DNA from: Ruminococcus sp.
GTDB taxonomy: Bacteria > Bacillota > Clostridia > Oscillospirales > Ruminococcaceae
Assembly (NCBI GenBank): GCA_021201755.1
Contig: JAJQEI010000050.1
Coordinates: 56,110 to 120,109, forward strand
DNA length: 64,000 nucleotides
Direction of reading: 5' to 3'
Shown here: positions 10,190-19,589 of the stretch, piece by piece
Numbering within the stretch: the first letter of the stretch is position 1
How the letters are laid out: the number at the start of each line of letters is the position of its first letter
Translations under genes and position numbers: made by a program
Notes under the pieces: model-generated
What the model was told of the DNA's origin: nothing
The model's input: the letters and a program-made list of their open reading frames with translations, nothing else
Databases searched by the model: none

Positions 10190-10229
10190 TTTCTAATTGC
10201 ACCAAATTTGTATTTGGTGCAATTAGAAA
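10190..10229. repeat. Perfect 18-bp inverted repeat with a 4-nt centre, just upstream of the recombinase RBS
   Basis: tttctaattgcaccaaat-ttgt-atttggtgcaattagaaa. Confidence 0.95.
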
Positions 10230-10247
10230 TAAGAATGAGGTGTTTCC

Positions 10248-11240
10248 ATGGAAATTAATCGTAAGGAATGTCCGGATTTTTTTCTGGATTATATTTTGTA
10301 CATCACTGTTACAAAGTCTCTTTCTGCACGTACTGTGCAAGAATACTATCTCGATATTCGATTATTTTTAAAATATCTTAGAATGATGCATGAATCACAA
10401 TTTGCAGATGTCAATGATTTGCGACAGATTCCAATTAAGGATATGTCTGTTGAAATGTTAGAAAATGTACAATTACAAGATCTGTATAATTATTTATACT
10501 ATGTTACGGAAGAACGGGAAAATCATGATCGTGCTAGAGGAAGAAAAGTATCGGCATTACGTAGCTTTTTTCGGTATTTGTGCTATCACCAGAATGTAAT
10601 TTCACATGATCCAACAGAACGACTAGAACTTCCATCGCCTAAAAAATCGCTTCCTAAATATTTAACTCTGGAGGAAAGTAAAAAATTACTGCAATCTGTT
10701 AATAGTACTTACCCAGAACGAGATTACTGTATACTTACGCTTTTTTTAAATTGTGGTATTCGTCTAAGCGAATTGGTAGGTCTGAATATGCGAGATATCA
10801 ATTTTCAAGAATCAAAAATACGTGTTTTGGGCAAAGGCAACAAAGAACGAATGGTATACTTGAACGAGGCTTGTATGAAAGCACTACAAGCATATTTAGA
10901 AGTACGAGAATCGCCCGATAATTCGGATGAAAAGGCTGTATTTTTAAGTAAACATCATACCCGAATCAGTAAACGACGTGTGCAGCAGATTGTGGAAAAT
11001 GCACTCGTACAAGCTGAATTAGATGGGCAAGGCTATTCCACACACAAGCTGCGTCATACAGCAGCAACACTAATGTATCAATATGGCGATGTAGACGCCT
11101 TGACATTAAAAGAAGTGCTGGGACACGCCAGCACTTCTACAACGGAAATATATACGCATTTGTCAAATCAAATTTTAAAAGACGCCACGGACAGTTCTCC
11201 CCTTGCACATTTTGAAAAACGTGACCCAAAAAAGAAATGA
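10248..11240 (+). CDS. xerC: XerC/XerD-family tyrosine recombinase
   Basis: RDYCILTLFLNCGIRLSEL, VLGKGNKER, HKLRHTAATLMY, LGHASTSTTEIYTH; all catalytic residues are present. Confidence 0.9.
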   Translation: MEINRKECPDFFLDYILYITVTKSLSARTVQEYYLDIRLFLKYLRMMHESQFADVNDLRQIPIKDMSVEMLENVQLQDLYNYLYYVTEERENHDRARGRKVSALRSFFRYLCYHQNVISHDPTERLELPSPKKSLPKYLTLEESKKLLQSVNSTYPERDYCILTLFLNCGIRLSELVGLNMRDINFQESKIRVLGKGNKERMVYLNEACMKALQAYLEVRESPDNSDEKAVFLSKHHTRISKRRVQQIVENALVQAELDGQGYSTHKLRHTAATLMYQYGDVDALTLKEVLGHASTSTTEIYTHLSNQILKDATDSSPLAHFEKRDPKKK

Positions 11241-11242
11241 TA

Positions 11243-12488
11243 TTAACAAATATTTTGAATAGTATGCCATGCACATTGTCCTGCGTATTGTCCTAAACGC
11301 CATGCACATTCCAGATTATAGCCACCGCATTCTCCGTGAAGATCTAGTATTTCTCCAGCAAAAAACAATCTAGGGATATACTGAGATTGTAGAGTTGCAT
11401 CTATTTCAGTGATTGGAATGCCACCTGCTGTTACTTGTGCTTCTTGCCATGTACCTCTAGATAGTATTGGAAATCTCCAGTTGTGGCAAAGCTTTGCTAA
11501 GTTTTCTAGTTCCGAAGCGGTCAACTGATAAGTCTGTGTATCCATCCATCGACACTGTAACACCGCTTTGTCGTAAAAGAGATATACCAATTTTCTTAGG
11601 AAATAATCCTGTCAGAAAATTTTCCAATTTCCACATAGAGCGAATACTATAAATGTTCCCCAAATTTGTTAATGTCTGTTTAATTGATTCGTTTGGCAAC
11701 AAATCAACAGAAAGATAAGATGGATTCTTTCCTTCACTACATTTTGCTAATAAATTCATTATACAAATACCAGAAAGACTATGATCTGTAAATTGAATTT
11801 CACCGTATTCTTCTAATAAGCACTTTCCTTCTGCTGTATATGCAGAAACATTTCCTTATATGCGAACGCCCTTTAAACCACGCAATTGTTGTGGCTGCGT
11901 GTAAAAAGGCACTAGTGCTGGTTTTACAACAGAATGAGAATGACCTAATTTTTCTAATACAGAAAACATCTTGCCATCCGAACCGGTTTTGGGTGCTGCG
12001 AATCCACCTGTTGTAATAATAACTGCTTTCGCTTGAAAAGTATCCAGATTTGTTTGAACAAGAATATTGTCTTTTCGTGGGGATAAATTATAAACTATAC
12101 AATCGCAATACGTTTCTGTACCGATTTGTTCTACAGTAAAACGTAACGCATCTAGAACAGATGCAGCCTGATTACTTTGAGGATATTGATGTCCTTCTTG
12201 ATCCTGACGGCAAAAAACACCCATTTCAGCAAAAAAATCTTGCGCATTTAAAGTTTGTTTCATAACTTGAGGCAACAATACAACGAGCGAGCCACGATAT
12301 GTATCAAGGCGTTGATTTGCGTTTCCCAAATTACAGCGACCATTTCCAGTAACCAATATTTTTTTCCCTATGCAAGAATTTTTTTCACAAATACAGACGT
12401 TACATTCTGGCGAAATTCATTTGATTGCAATAGCAGCGGCGAGACCAGATGCACTGCCGCCACTGATTAAAATATCTGTCTGTTTCAT
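11243..12488 (-). pseudogene. HI0933/YhiN (BaiN-like) flavoprotein pseudogene
   Basis: GGSASGLAAA, GKKILVTGNGRCN, TTGGFAAPKTGSDG, AQVTAGG, FAGEILDLHGECGGYNL. Lesions: in-frame TGA (12417-12419), in-frame TAA (11856-11858) and a 4-bp GATG duplication near 11541-11550 causing a frameshift. Confidence 0.92.
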
Positions 12489-13858
12489 TAGTTTTTGATG
12501 CTATGCATGGGTGCAGGAATTCTACCGCCACGTGAAATAAACTTTTCTGAGGATTTCCGATTAATTGGCATAACCGGTGCGCTTCCAAAAAGTCCGCCAT
12601 ATTCCAACATATCTCCCTCTTTCGAACCTACCGCCGGAATAAGACGTACTGCAGTGGTTTTATTGTTTATCATGCCAATCGCCATTTCATCTGCAATAAT
12701 GGCGGAGATAGTAGACGGTGAAACATCACCTGGAATTGCAATCATATCTAATCCAACTGAGCAAACTGCCGTCATTGTTTCAAGCTTTGTTATTGTCAAT
12801 GTTCCATCAACAGCAGCTTCAATCATACCTGCATCCTCCGATACCGGAATAAATGCACCGGATAATCCACCTACGTTTGATGAAGCCATAACACCGCCTT
12901 TTTTGACTGCATCATTTAGCAGTGCAAGAGCTGCTGTGGTACCGTGTGTCCCACAGGTTTCCAACCCCATGGTTTCCAGAATATGTGCAACACTGTCCCC
13001 TATCGCTGGTGTAGGTGCTAAAGACAAGTCCACAATGCCAAATGGGATATTCAGCATTTGTGATGCCTTTGTCCCGACAAGCTGTCCCATACGAGTAATT
13101 TTAAAGGCGGTTTTCTTAATAATATCCGCCAATTCATCAATAGAAGCATCTGGATATTTCGCAATTGTAGATCGAACAACACCAGGACCGGATACGCCAA
13201 CATGAATGACACAGTCTGGCTCTCCTACTCCGTGAAATGCACCAGCCATAAATGGGTTATCTTCCGGTGCATTGCAGAATACCACAAGCTTTGACGGTCC
13301 AACACACTGTCGATCAGCAGTACGCTTAGAGGATTCTAAAATGACTTCACCCATGATGCGAACAGCATCCATATTGATACCACTTTTAGTAGAACCAACA
13401 TTGACAGAAGAGCATAGGCGTGTAGTAATATCCAGTGCCTCTGGAATGGATTGGATCAATGCCATATCGCCGGCACTGAATCCTTTATGTACCAGTGCGG
13501 AATAACCGCCAACAAAATTGACATCACAAGTTTCTGCTGCACGCTGCAATGCCTTAGCAAATTTCACAGGACTATCTTTCGGACACACAGCAGCTAGCAT
13601 TGCAATTGGTGTAACGGAAATTCGCTTATTAATAATTGGAATGCCATATTCCTTTTCAATTTTTTCTCCGGTTTCCACAAGCTTTTCTGCCTTGGTTGTG
13701 ATTTTATCATAGACCTTATTGCAAGCCTTTTGAATGTCTGGATCAATGCAATCTAACAGAGATACTCCCATTGTGATGGTTCGAATATCCAAGCACTCGT
13801 CCTGTATCATTTGAATGGTTTCAAGAATATCTCCCGCATTAAACATCATATTATTCAT
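12488..13858 (-). CDS. UPF0210/DUF711 (PFL-like) family protein
   Basis: [53 protein letters not shown]; follows an ACT gene as is usual for this family. Confidence 0.92.
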   Translation of the reverse strand: MNNMMFNAGDILETIQMIQDECLDIRTITMGVSLLDCIDPDIQKACNKVYDKITTKAEKLVETGEKIEKEYGIPIINKRISVTPIAMLAAVCPKDSPVKFAKALQRAAETCDVNFVGGYSALVHKGFSAGDMALIQSIPEALDITTRLCSSVNVGSTKSGINMDAVRIMGEVILESSKRTADRQCVGPSKLVVFCNAPEDNPFMAGAFHGVGEPDCVIHVGVSGPGVVRSTIAKYPDASIDELADIIKKTAFKITRMGQLVGTKASQMLNIPFGIVDLSLAPTPAIGDSVAHILETMGLETCGTHGTTAALALLNDAVKKGGVMASSNVGGLSGAFIPVSEDAGMIEAAVDGTLTITKLETMTAVCSVGLDMIAIPGDVSPSTISAIIADEMAIGMINNKTTAVRLIPAVGSKEGDMLEYGGLFGSAPVMPINRKSSEKFISRGGRIPAPMHSIKN

Positions 13859-13889
13859 TTGGTTTTTTCCTGCTTTCTTTTATCACAAT

Positions 13890-14159
13890 TTATATGCGAT
13901 GCATTGCATTGAAAATATCTTCATGCATCGTATGAATGGAAAGTCCTTGCGATTCTCCAAGTGTAGTTAGCTCATTGCAGAGCTGCGTGAAGTCAGCATT
14001 GATATTAGAAATATCTACCATCATAATCATTGCGAACATCTCTTGTAGTACATTTTGTGTAACCTCCAACACGTTCGCATGATATTGGGTACAAACACCA
14101 CTAACTTTGTGTAGAATTCCAACGTTATCTTTTCCGATTACGGTAATGACAGCTCGCAT
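13890..14159 (-). CDS. UPF0237 ACT-domain protein
   Basis: MRAVITVIGKDNVGI...HEDIFNAMHRI. Confidence 0.92.
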   Translation of the reverse strand: MRAVITVIGKDNVGILHKVSGVCTQYHANVLEVTQNVLQEMFAMIMMVDISNINADFTQLCNELTTLGESQGLSIHTMHEDIFNAMHRI

Positions 14160-14177
14160 TATTTTCTCCTCCAATTT

Positions 14178-15383
14178 TTATTTTAAAAGCAGTTTTTTCA
14201 TACGCTGCATTGCTTCAATTGTTTGACTCCAATCGCCAAATGCAGTCAAACGAAACCATCCCTCGCCGTTCTTGCCAAAACCTTCTCCCGGTGTGCCAAC
14301 GACAGCAATTTCATGCAGCAGATAGTCAAAAAATTCCCAACTCGACATTCCCATCGGGCATTTTAACCAAATATATGGCGAATTCTTACCACCTGTGTAC
14401 TGAATATCAAGCTCCTCCATCGTCTTGGCAATGATTGCAGCATTTTCCTGATAATAGGCAATATTTTCGTGAATTTGTTTTTGACCTTCTTCTGTAAACA
14501 CTGCTGAAGCTGCATACTGTACAGGGTAAGAAACACCATTAAACTTACTCCCCTGCCGTCTTCCCCAAAGTTGTGCAATGCTGATGTCTGTACCGTCAGA
14601 GCTTGTTACATGAAGTGCGGTTGGTATAACGGTATAACCGCAGCGCATACCGGTGAATCCTGCCGTTTTTGAGAGAGAACACATCTCAATGGCACATTCT
14701 TTTGCACCTTCTATTTCGTAGATGCTGTGTGGAACATCTGGATCTGTAATAAATGCTTCATAAGCCGCATCATAGATAATGATAGCTTTATTTTTTTTGG
14801 CATAGTCTATCCATTCTTTCAGTTGTACTCTCGTATATGCAGAACCTGTTGGATTATTCGGAGAACAAAGATAGATTAAATCAGCGTGTACAGATTTATC
14901 AGGCATTGCTGCAAATCCATTTTCTTCGTTGGAATCTGCATAGATGACTGTTCTGCCACTCATTTTATTGGAATCCACATAAACTGGATAGGCTGGATCC
15001 GTAATCAAAACAATATTGTCATCGCCAAAAATATCCACGATATTACCACAATCGCTCTTTGCTCCATCGTTAATGCGAATTTCGTCTAGTTCTAGAGATA
15101 CATCAAACTTCTGGTAATATCCAACGATTGCTTCTTTTAAGAAGTCATAACCTGCTCCGCTGTCTTCGTAACCTTTAAAAGTTTCTTTAACGCCCATTTC
15201 ATCTGCGCCTTTTTTCATAGCTTCTATACAAATAGGTGCAATCGGCAAGGTTACATCACCAATTCCCATTCGAATTAGCGATACATCTGGATTTTCAGCC
15301 AAAAAAGCATTTACCTTTTTGGCAATATTGATGAACAAGTAATTTTTTTCCAGTTTCAAAAAGTTTTCATTGATACTTGGCAT
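14178..15383 (-). CDS. dapL: LL-diaminopimelate aminotransferase
   Basis: MGIGDVTLP, DGAKSD, CSPNNPTG, SLSKTAGFTGMRCG. Confidence 0.96.
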   Translation of the reverse strand: MPSINENFLKLEKNYLFINIAKKVNAFLAENPDVSLIRMGIGDVTLPIAPICIEAMKKGADEMGVKETFKGYEDSGAGYDFLKEAIVGYYQKFDVSLELDEIRINDGAKSDCGNIVDIFGDDNIVLITDPAYPVYVDSNKMSGRTVIYADSNEENGFAAMPDKSVHADLIYLCSPNNPTGSAYTRVQLKEWIDYAKKNKAIIIYDAAYEAFITDPDVPHSIYEIEGAKECAIEMCSLSKTAGFTGMRCGYTVIPTALHVTSSDGTDISIAQLWGRRQGSKFNGVSYPVQYAASAVFTEEGQKQIHENIAYYQENAAIIAKTMEELDIQYTGGKNSPYIWLKCPMGMSSWEFFDYLLHEIAVVGTPGEGFGKNGEGWFRLTAFGDWSQTIEAMQRMKKLLLK

Positions 15384-15421
15384 TTTCTTTCTTCCTTTCA
15401 AAATTTTTAAAATATAGTGAT

Positions 15422-16273
15422 TTAAAACTCAGGAACTTCCATTTTACCTTCAAACACAAATGTTGCGGGACCGATCATGGTTACATTTTCATCTTCGTGG
15501 TAAATGATACGTAAATCTCCACCACGCAAGTGTACTAGAATTTCATCTTCCTTCCTGCAGTATCCATTCAAAATAGCTGCAACTACAGATGCACACGTAC
15601 CAGTTCCACATGCAAATGTTTCACCACTCCCCCGCTCCCAAACTCGCATTTGCAGCGTGTGGTCATCGATAATACGAACAAATTCGGTATTTACACGGTT
15701 TGGAAACAGCGGGTAATACTCAAAAGATGGTCCGATTTTTTCTAAATTTAACGTATCAATTTCTGGTAAGAACACAATTGCATGAGGATTTCCTATGGAA
15801 ACGCAGGTCATGCAGTACTGCATACCATCAATGGTTATCGGCTGCGCAACAAATCGATCCAAATTTGAGTTCATCGGGATCTCTCTTGGAATCAAAATTG
15901 CTTTTCCCATATCAACTTTAACACTTTCGATTTTTCCATCTACGCCGGGATATAACGTTAAATACTTGATACCTGCATTTGTTTCAAGTGATACATTTGT
16001 TTTGTCAGTCAATCCCATGTCATATACATATTTTCCAACGCATCGTGTTCCGTTCCCACACATCATCGCTTCAGAGCCATCAGCATTAAAAATTCGCATT
16101 CGAAAATCGGCAATTTCAGATGGCATAATTAAAATCAGACCATCTGAGCCAATACCAAAGCGAATATCACTGACAAAAATAGCCAGCTTCTCAGGGTTGG
16201 GAACAGTTTCTTGAAAGCAATTGATGTAAATGTAACTATTCCCAATGCCATGCATTTTTGAAAAGGTTAGCAT
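15422..16273 (-). CDS. dapF: Diaminopimelate epimerase
   Basis: KMHGIGN, IFNADGSEAMMCGNG, GNPH, ERGSGETFACGTG. Confidence 0.97.
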   Translation of the reverse strand: MLTFSKMHGIGNSYIYINCFQETVPNPEKLAIFVSDIRFGIGSDGLILIMPSEIADFRMRIFNADGSEAMMCGNGTRCVGKYVYDMGLTDKTNVSLETNAGIKYLTLYPGVDGKIESVKVDMGKAILIPREIPMNSNLDRFVAQPITIDGMQYCMTCVSIGNPHAIVFLPEIDTLNLEKIGPSFEYYPLFPNRVNTEFVRIIDDHTLQMRVWERGSGETFACGTGTCASVVAAILNGYCRKEDEILVHLRGGDLRIIYHEDENVTMIGPATFVFEGKMEVPEF

Positions 16274-16311
16274 AAAACAATCCTCCTGATAAAATTCATA
16301 AGTACAAGTTT

Positions 16312-16340
16312 AGTATACAAAAAAAATAAAAAAAAATCAA
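16312..16340 (-). promoter_or_regulatory. SigA promoter of dapF-dapL
   Basis: TTGATT-17-TATACT on the minus strand. Confidence 0.6.
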
Positions 16341-16380
16341 GGCAATTTTGAAACTTTTTTCAAAACAAATCTTCTCAAAA

Positions 16381-16407
16381 AAATGCTCCGGCATTTCCGG
16401 AGCATTT
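16381..16407. terminator. Intrinsic terminator after abrB
   Basis: aaatgctccgg-cattt-ccggagcattt. Confidence 0.8.
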
Positions 16408-16458
16408 ATTCTGGCTATCCTCTAGCGAGAATACGCAGACCCTTTACCTTAATCATAA

Positions 16459-16704
16459 TTAAAGATAGTCTTTAATCAAACTTATGCAAGATTTGCAAAT
16501 TTTTTTGTCATTAAAATCAATCAAATCTTTGGTACGAGAACAAAGTGCACAACTTACTTGAGCCTTTTGAATAATGACCTTTTCGCCTTCTGTATAGATT
16601 TGTAAGTAATCATTACACTCAATTTGAAGCTGACGACGAAGCTCTTTTGGAAGCACAAAACGACCAAGACCGTCTACACGACGCATAATTCCAGAGTCTT
16701 TCAT
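16459..16704 (-). CDS. abrB: AbrB/SpoVT-family transition-state regulator
   Basis: GIMRRVDGLGRFVLPKELRR plus the clostridial C-terminal CxxC...CxxC. Confidence 0.88.
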   Translation of the reverse strand: MKDSGIMRRVDGLGRFVLPKELRRQLQIECNDYLQIYTEGEKVIIQKAQVSCALCSRTKDLIDFNDKKICKSCISLIKDYL

Positions 16705-16883
16705 ATACAAGCCATCCTTTCTTTTCTTTTTTTGACATCTTAACAACCTCGCAGAAAACATCTGTCCCCATGTTAGCTGCGATGAAAACATACGAGATAT
16801 AAGGTTTAGAAAGCGATGCGATATAGCTTTTTTAAAGATACCAAAAATAGAAAACAAATACACATTTTATGTTTTCAATTACC

Positions 16884-16912
16884 ATTATAAACCACTTGAC
16901 GAAAATTGTCAA
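16884..16912 (-). promoter_or_regulatory. Consensus SigA promoter of abrB with a 0A box (TGACGAA, 16897-16903) in the spacer
   Basis: TTGACA-17-TATAAT on the minus strand; a TGNCGAA match lies between -35 and -10. Confidence 0.7.
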
Positions 16913-16995
16913 CCTATATCATCCTTAATTTTACCAAATCGATTTAATTTATGTATTTATAAATTTTCTTTATTGAAAAAACCAAAAAAAAAAGC

Positions 16996-17024
16996 TTGAC
17001 AAGTTCTCGATTCTATGTTAAAAT
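16996..17024 (+). promoter_or_regulatory. SigA promoter of tRNA-Lys
   Basis: TTGACA-17-TAAAAT with extended TG. Confidence 0.8.
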
Positions 17025-17057
17025 AATATTTGTTGATTGGTCAATGTGAAAACACAT

Positions 17058-17133
17058 GAGATATTAGCTCAGTTGGCAGAGCATACGCCTTTTAAGCGTA
17101 GGGTCGAGGGTTCAAATCCCTCATATCTCACCA
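17058..17133 (+). tRNA. trnK: tRNA-Lys(UUU)
   Basis: 76-nt cloverleaf: acceptor GAGATAT/ATATCTC, D arm GCTC/GAGC, anticodon arm TACGC-CTTTTAA-GCGTA, T arm GAGGG-TTCAAAT-CCCTC, encoded CCA. Confidence 0.97.
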
Positions 17134-17445
17134 ATATCAAAAAAAGCACGCAATTTTGGAAAATATCTGAGACTGCGTATTTTTTTTATTTCCGCAATTT
17201 GTTTTTCTTGCTTAAATTTGCTAAAAAACCGTATTTGGCACTGTTTTACATATTGAGTTGAAATACTGTCACTTCCGCTTTTGGGAAATACAATTTCAAT
17301 CCCAGAGCAATCTGATTTTGTCAATAATAGTTGGCAACTTTTTTATACATTTTACATAAATTTATATCAAACAGCTTGTACAATATCGTAATACTACTGT
17401 TGCTTTACAGCAGTCGGCACATTATAGCCATCGGTTTTCCAATTC

Positions 17446-19059
17446 TCATGAATGATTTTTTGTAAATTTTTTTACAATCTGTTCCGCACAGCGTAAACTG
17501 TCTACTGCTGCTGATGTTATTCCTCCCGCATAACCTGCACCTTCACCACAAGGATACAGACCAGCTAATGATATTGATTCACAAAACTCGTTTCGCAGAA
17601 TTCGAATTGGAGATGAACTACGACTTTCGATACCAGTCAGAATAGCATCTGGCGAATCAAATCCTTGTATTTTTCGTGCCATTGCCGGTATACCCAGACA
17701 TAACGTATCTACGACAAAATTTGGCAAATATGATTCTGGCGCAGCTATTGTCACACCTGGGCGATAGGTTGGTTCCACGTCACCAAGTGATTTTGACATT
17801 CGATGATTTAAAAAATCTCCGACAGTACAAACTGGTGCAAAATAATTCGAATTACCAGCATGAAACGCTGCCTCTTCTAATTTCTGTTGAAAGTACATTC
17901 CAGCTAAAGGGTGTGTATCGTGCAATTCATTCGATGTAATACCAACCAAAAGTGCACTGTTAGCATTTACGCCATTTCTTGCATAACGGCTCATACCATT
18001 TATTGCTAATCGATTGGGTTCGGAAGATGCCGCAATCACTTCCCCACCTGGACACATACAAAATGTGTATAAACTATGTCTATTTGGAAGATGTACCGCC
18101 AATTTATAATCTGCTACCGGCAAATCTGGAGGTGCTGCATCTCTGTCGTACATAGCTTGATTGATTGTTGCTTGTTTATGTTCAATCCGGATACCTATAG
18201 AGAAGTTCTTCTGTTCTAATAAAATCTTATCCTGATATAGCATCGAAAACACATCTCTTGCACTATGACCAATGGCAAGAATGCATTGCTCTGTTTCAAT
18301 GTGATACGATTGTCTATCTTGTTCATAAATCACACCAATAAGTTTTCTATTTTCCTGCTGTAACCTTTTCATACAAGCTTGAAAATGAATTTCACCGCCA
18401 AACGCTTGTATTTTTTCACGCATGGTTTTTACCACTTGTACCAATCGATCTGTCCCGATATGTGGTTTTGCCAGATATAAAATTTCTTTTGGTGCACCGC
18501 ATGAAATAAATGTTTCTAATATAAATTGAATACGAAAATCCTTAATTCCAGTCGTTAGCTTCCCATCAGAAAAGGTCCCTGCACCACCCTCACCAAATTG
18601 TACATTACTAGACGGATTTAGTTGTCCAGTTTTCCAAAAGAATGCCACATCTTTCTGTCGCTGCTCAACGCATTTACCGCGCTCCAATACAATCGGGCGT
18701 AATCCAACCTTTACTAAAAGATAAGCTGCAAACATTTCAGCCGGTCCAAACCCTATTACAACCGGACGACTACCGAATTCTTTCAACGATAGCTTTGGTA
18801 TATTGTAGAAATGTGGTTTATATCGTTCGACATCATGGTCATTTTTATATCGTTTATATATTACTTCTTCTTGCTTTAACTTCAAAAGAAATGTCCAAAC
18901 AACAAAAATATTTGGTTTCTTTCTTGCATCAATCGATTTTTTAATTGGCTGTATATGGATAATATCAGTTTTAGAAATTTTCAATCGTTTTGCAATTGCT
19001 TGAAGCAGCTACGATTCAGTACAGCCGATTGGTGTAGATAGATTCATCAATTTAATCAT
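17446..19059 (-). pseudogene. Uncharacterised FAD-dependent oxidoreductase with a nonsense mutation at codon 17
   Basis: The RBS and ATG at 19059 are in frame with the long ORF, but TAG interrupts at 19009-19011. Motifs QFGEGGAGTFSDGKL, HIGTD, FCMCPGG, CGEGAGYAGGI. The dinucleotide-binding motif reads GFGPAE instead of GxGPAG. Confidence 0.85.
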
Positions 19060-19077
19060 AATTTTCTCCATAATTTA

Positions 19078-19116
19078 CAAAAAGCCTTTTGAAATGATAC
19101 ATTCAAAGGCTTTTTG
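19078..19116. terminator. Intrinsic terminator after sufU
   Basis: caaaaagcctttt...tcaaaggctttttg inverted repeat. Confidence 0.75.
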
Positions 19117-19121
19117 CATAT

Positions 19122-19589
19122 TTAATCACAATGTTGTAAGTGTTCTTCTCGAATATTTTCAGAATTTTTTAACATTTCCTCTAATGTATGCCATCCGAGT
19201 ACTGCACATTTAACTCGAGCTGGCATATGAGAAATATCCTGTAGCGCACCGGCTTCTTCCAATTCTTCCAAATCTTCTTCGGTTGCTTTTCCTTGAATCA
19301 TATTTAAAAAGAGATCTGCCAAATGCAATGCTTCTTCCTTCGGACGTCCAATCACTAAATCTAGCATGATATCAGCTGATGCTTGTGAAATTGCACAGCC
19401 ACTTCCTGTAAAGCTGCCATCTGTGATAACATCATTTTCATTCAATTTCAATTGCAGAATAATATCATCCCCACAGCTCGGATTGATTCCTTCGTGTTCC
19501 AAGTGTGCATCATCCAGTGCATACTTGTGATATGGATGTAGATTATGCTCGATTAAAATTTCATTATAAAAACTTCGCTCATTCGCCAT
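19122..19589 (-). CDS. sufU: SUF system scaffold / sulfur-transfer protein
   Basis: NPSCGDD, GSGCAISQASA, ARVKCAVLGWH. Confidence 0.95.
   Translation of the reverse strand: MANERSFYNEILIEHNLHPYHKYALDDAHLEHEGINPSCGDDIILQLKLNENDVITDGSFTGSGCAISQASADIMLDLVIGRPKEEALHLADLFLNMIQGKATEEDLEELEEAGALQDISHMPARVKCAVLGWHTLEEMLKNSENIREEHLQHCD

Noticed and set aside
10248-11240. Recombinase as the integrase of a mobile element
   Set aside because: Its size and motifs are XerC-like, with no arm-binding domain, excisionase or att duplication. The only adjacent foreign DNA is a short decayed remnant.
12495-13205. 236-aa plus-strand ORF and similar antisense ORFs (e.g. 25426-25845, 41800-42198, 60765-61181)
   Set aside because: They are shadows of well-supported opposite-strand genes, with no RBS or motifs.
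17058-17133. tRNA-Lys as a suppressor tRNA for the TAA/TAG stops
   Set aside because: The anticodon is TTT in a normal 7-nt loop; the stems are AT-rich but canonical.
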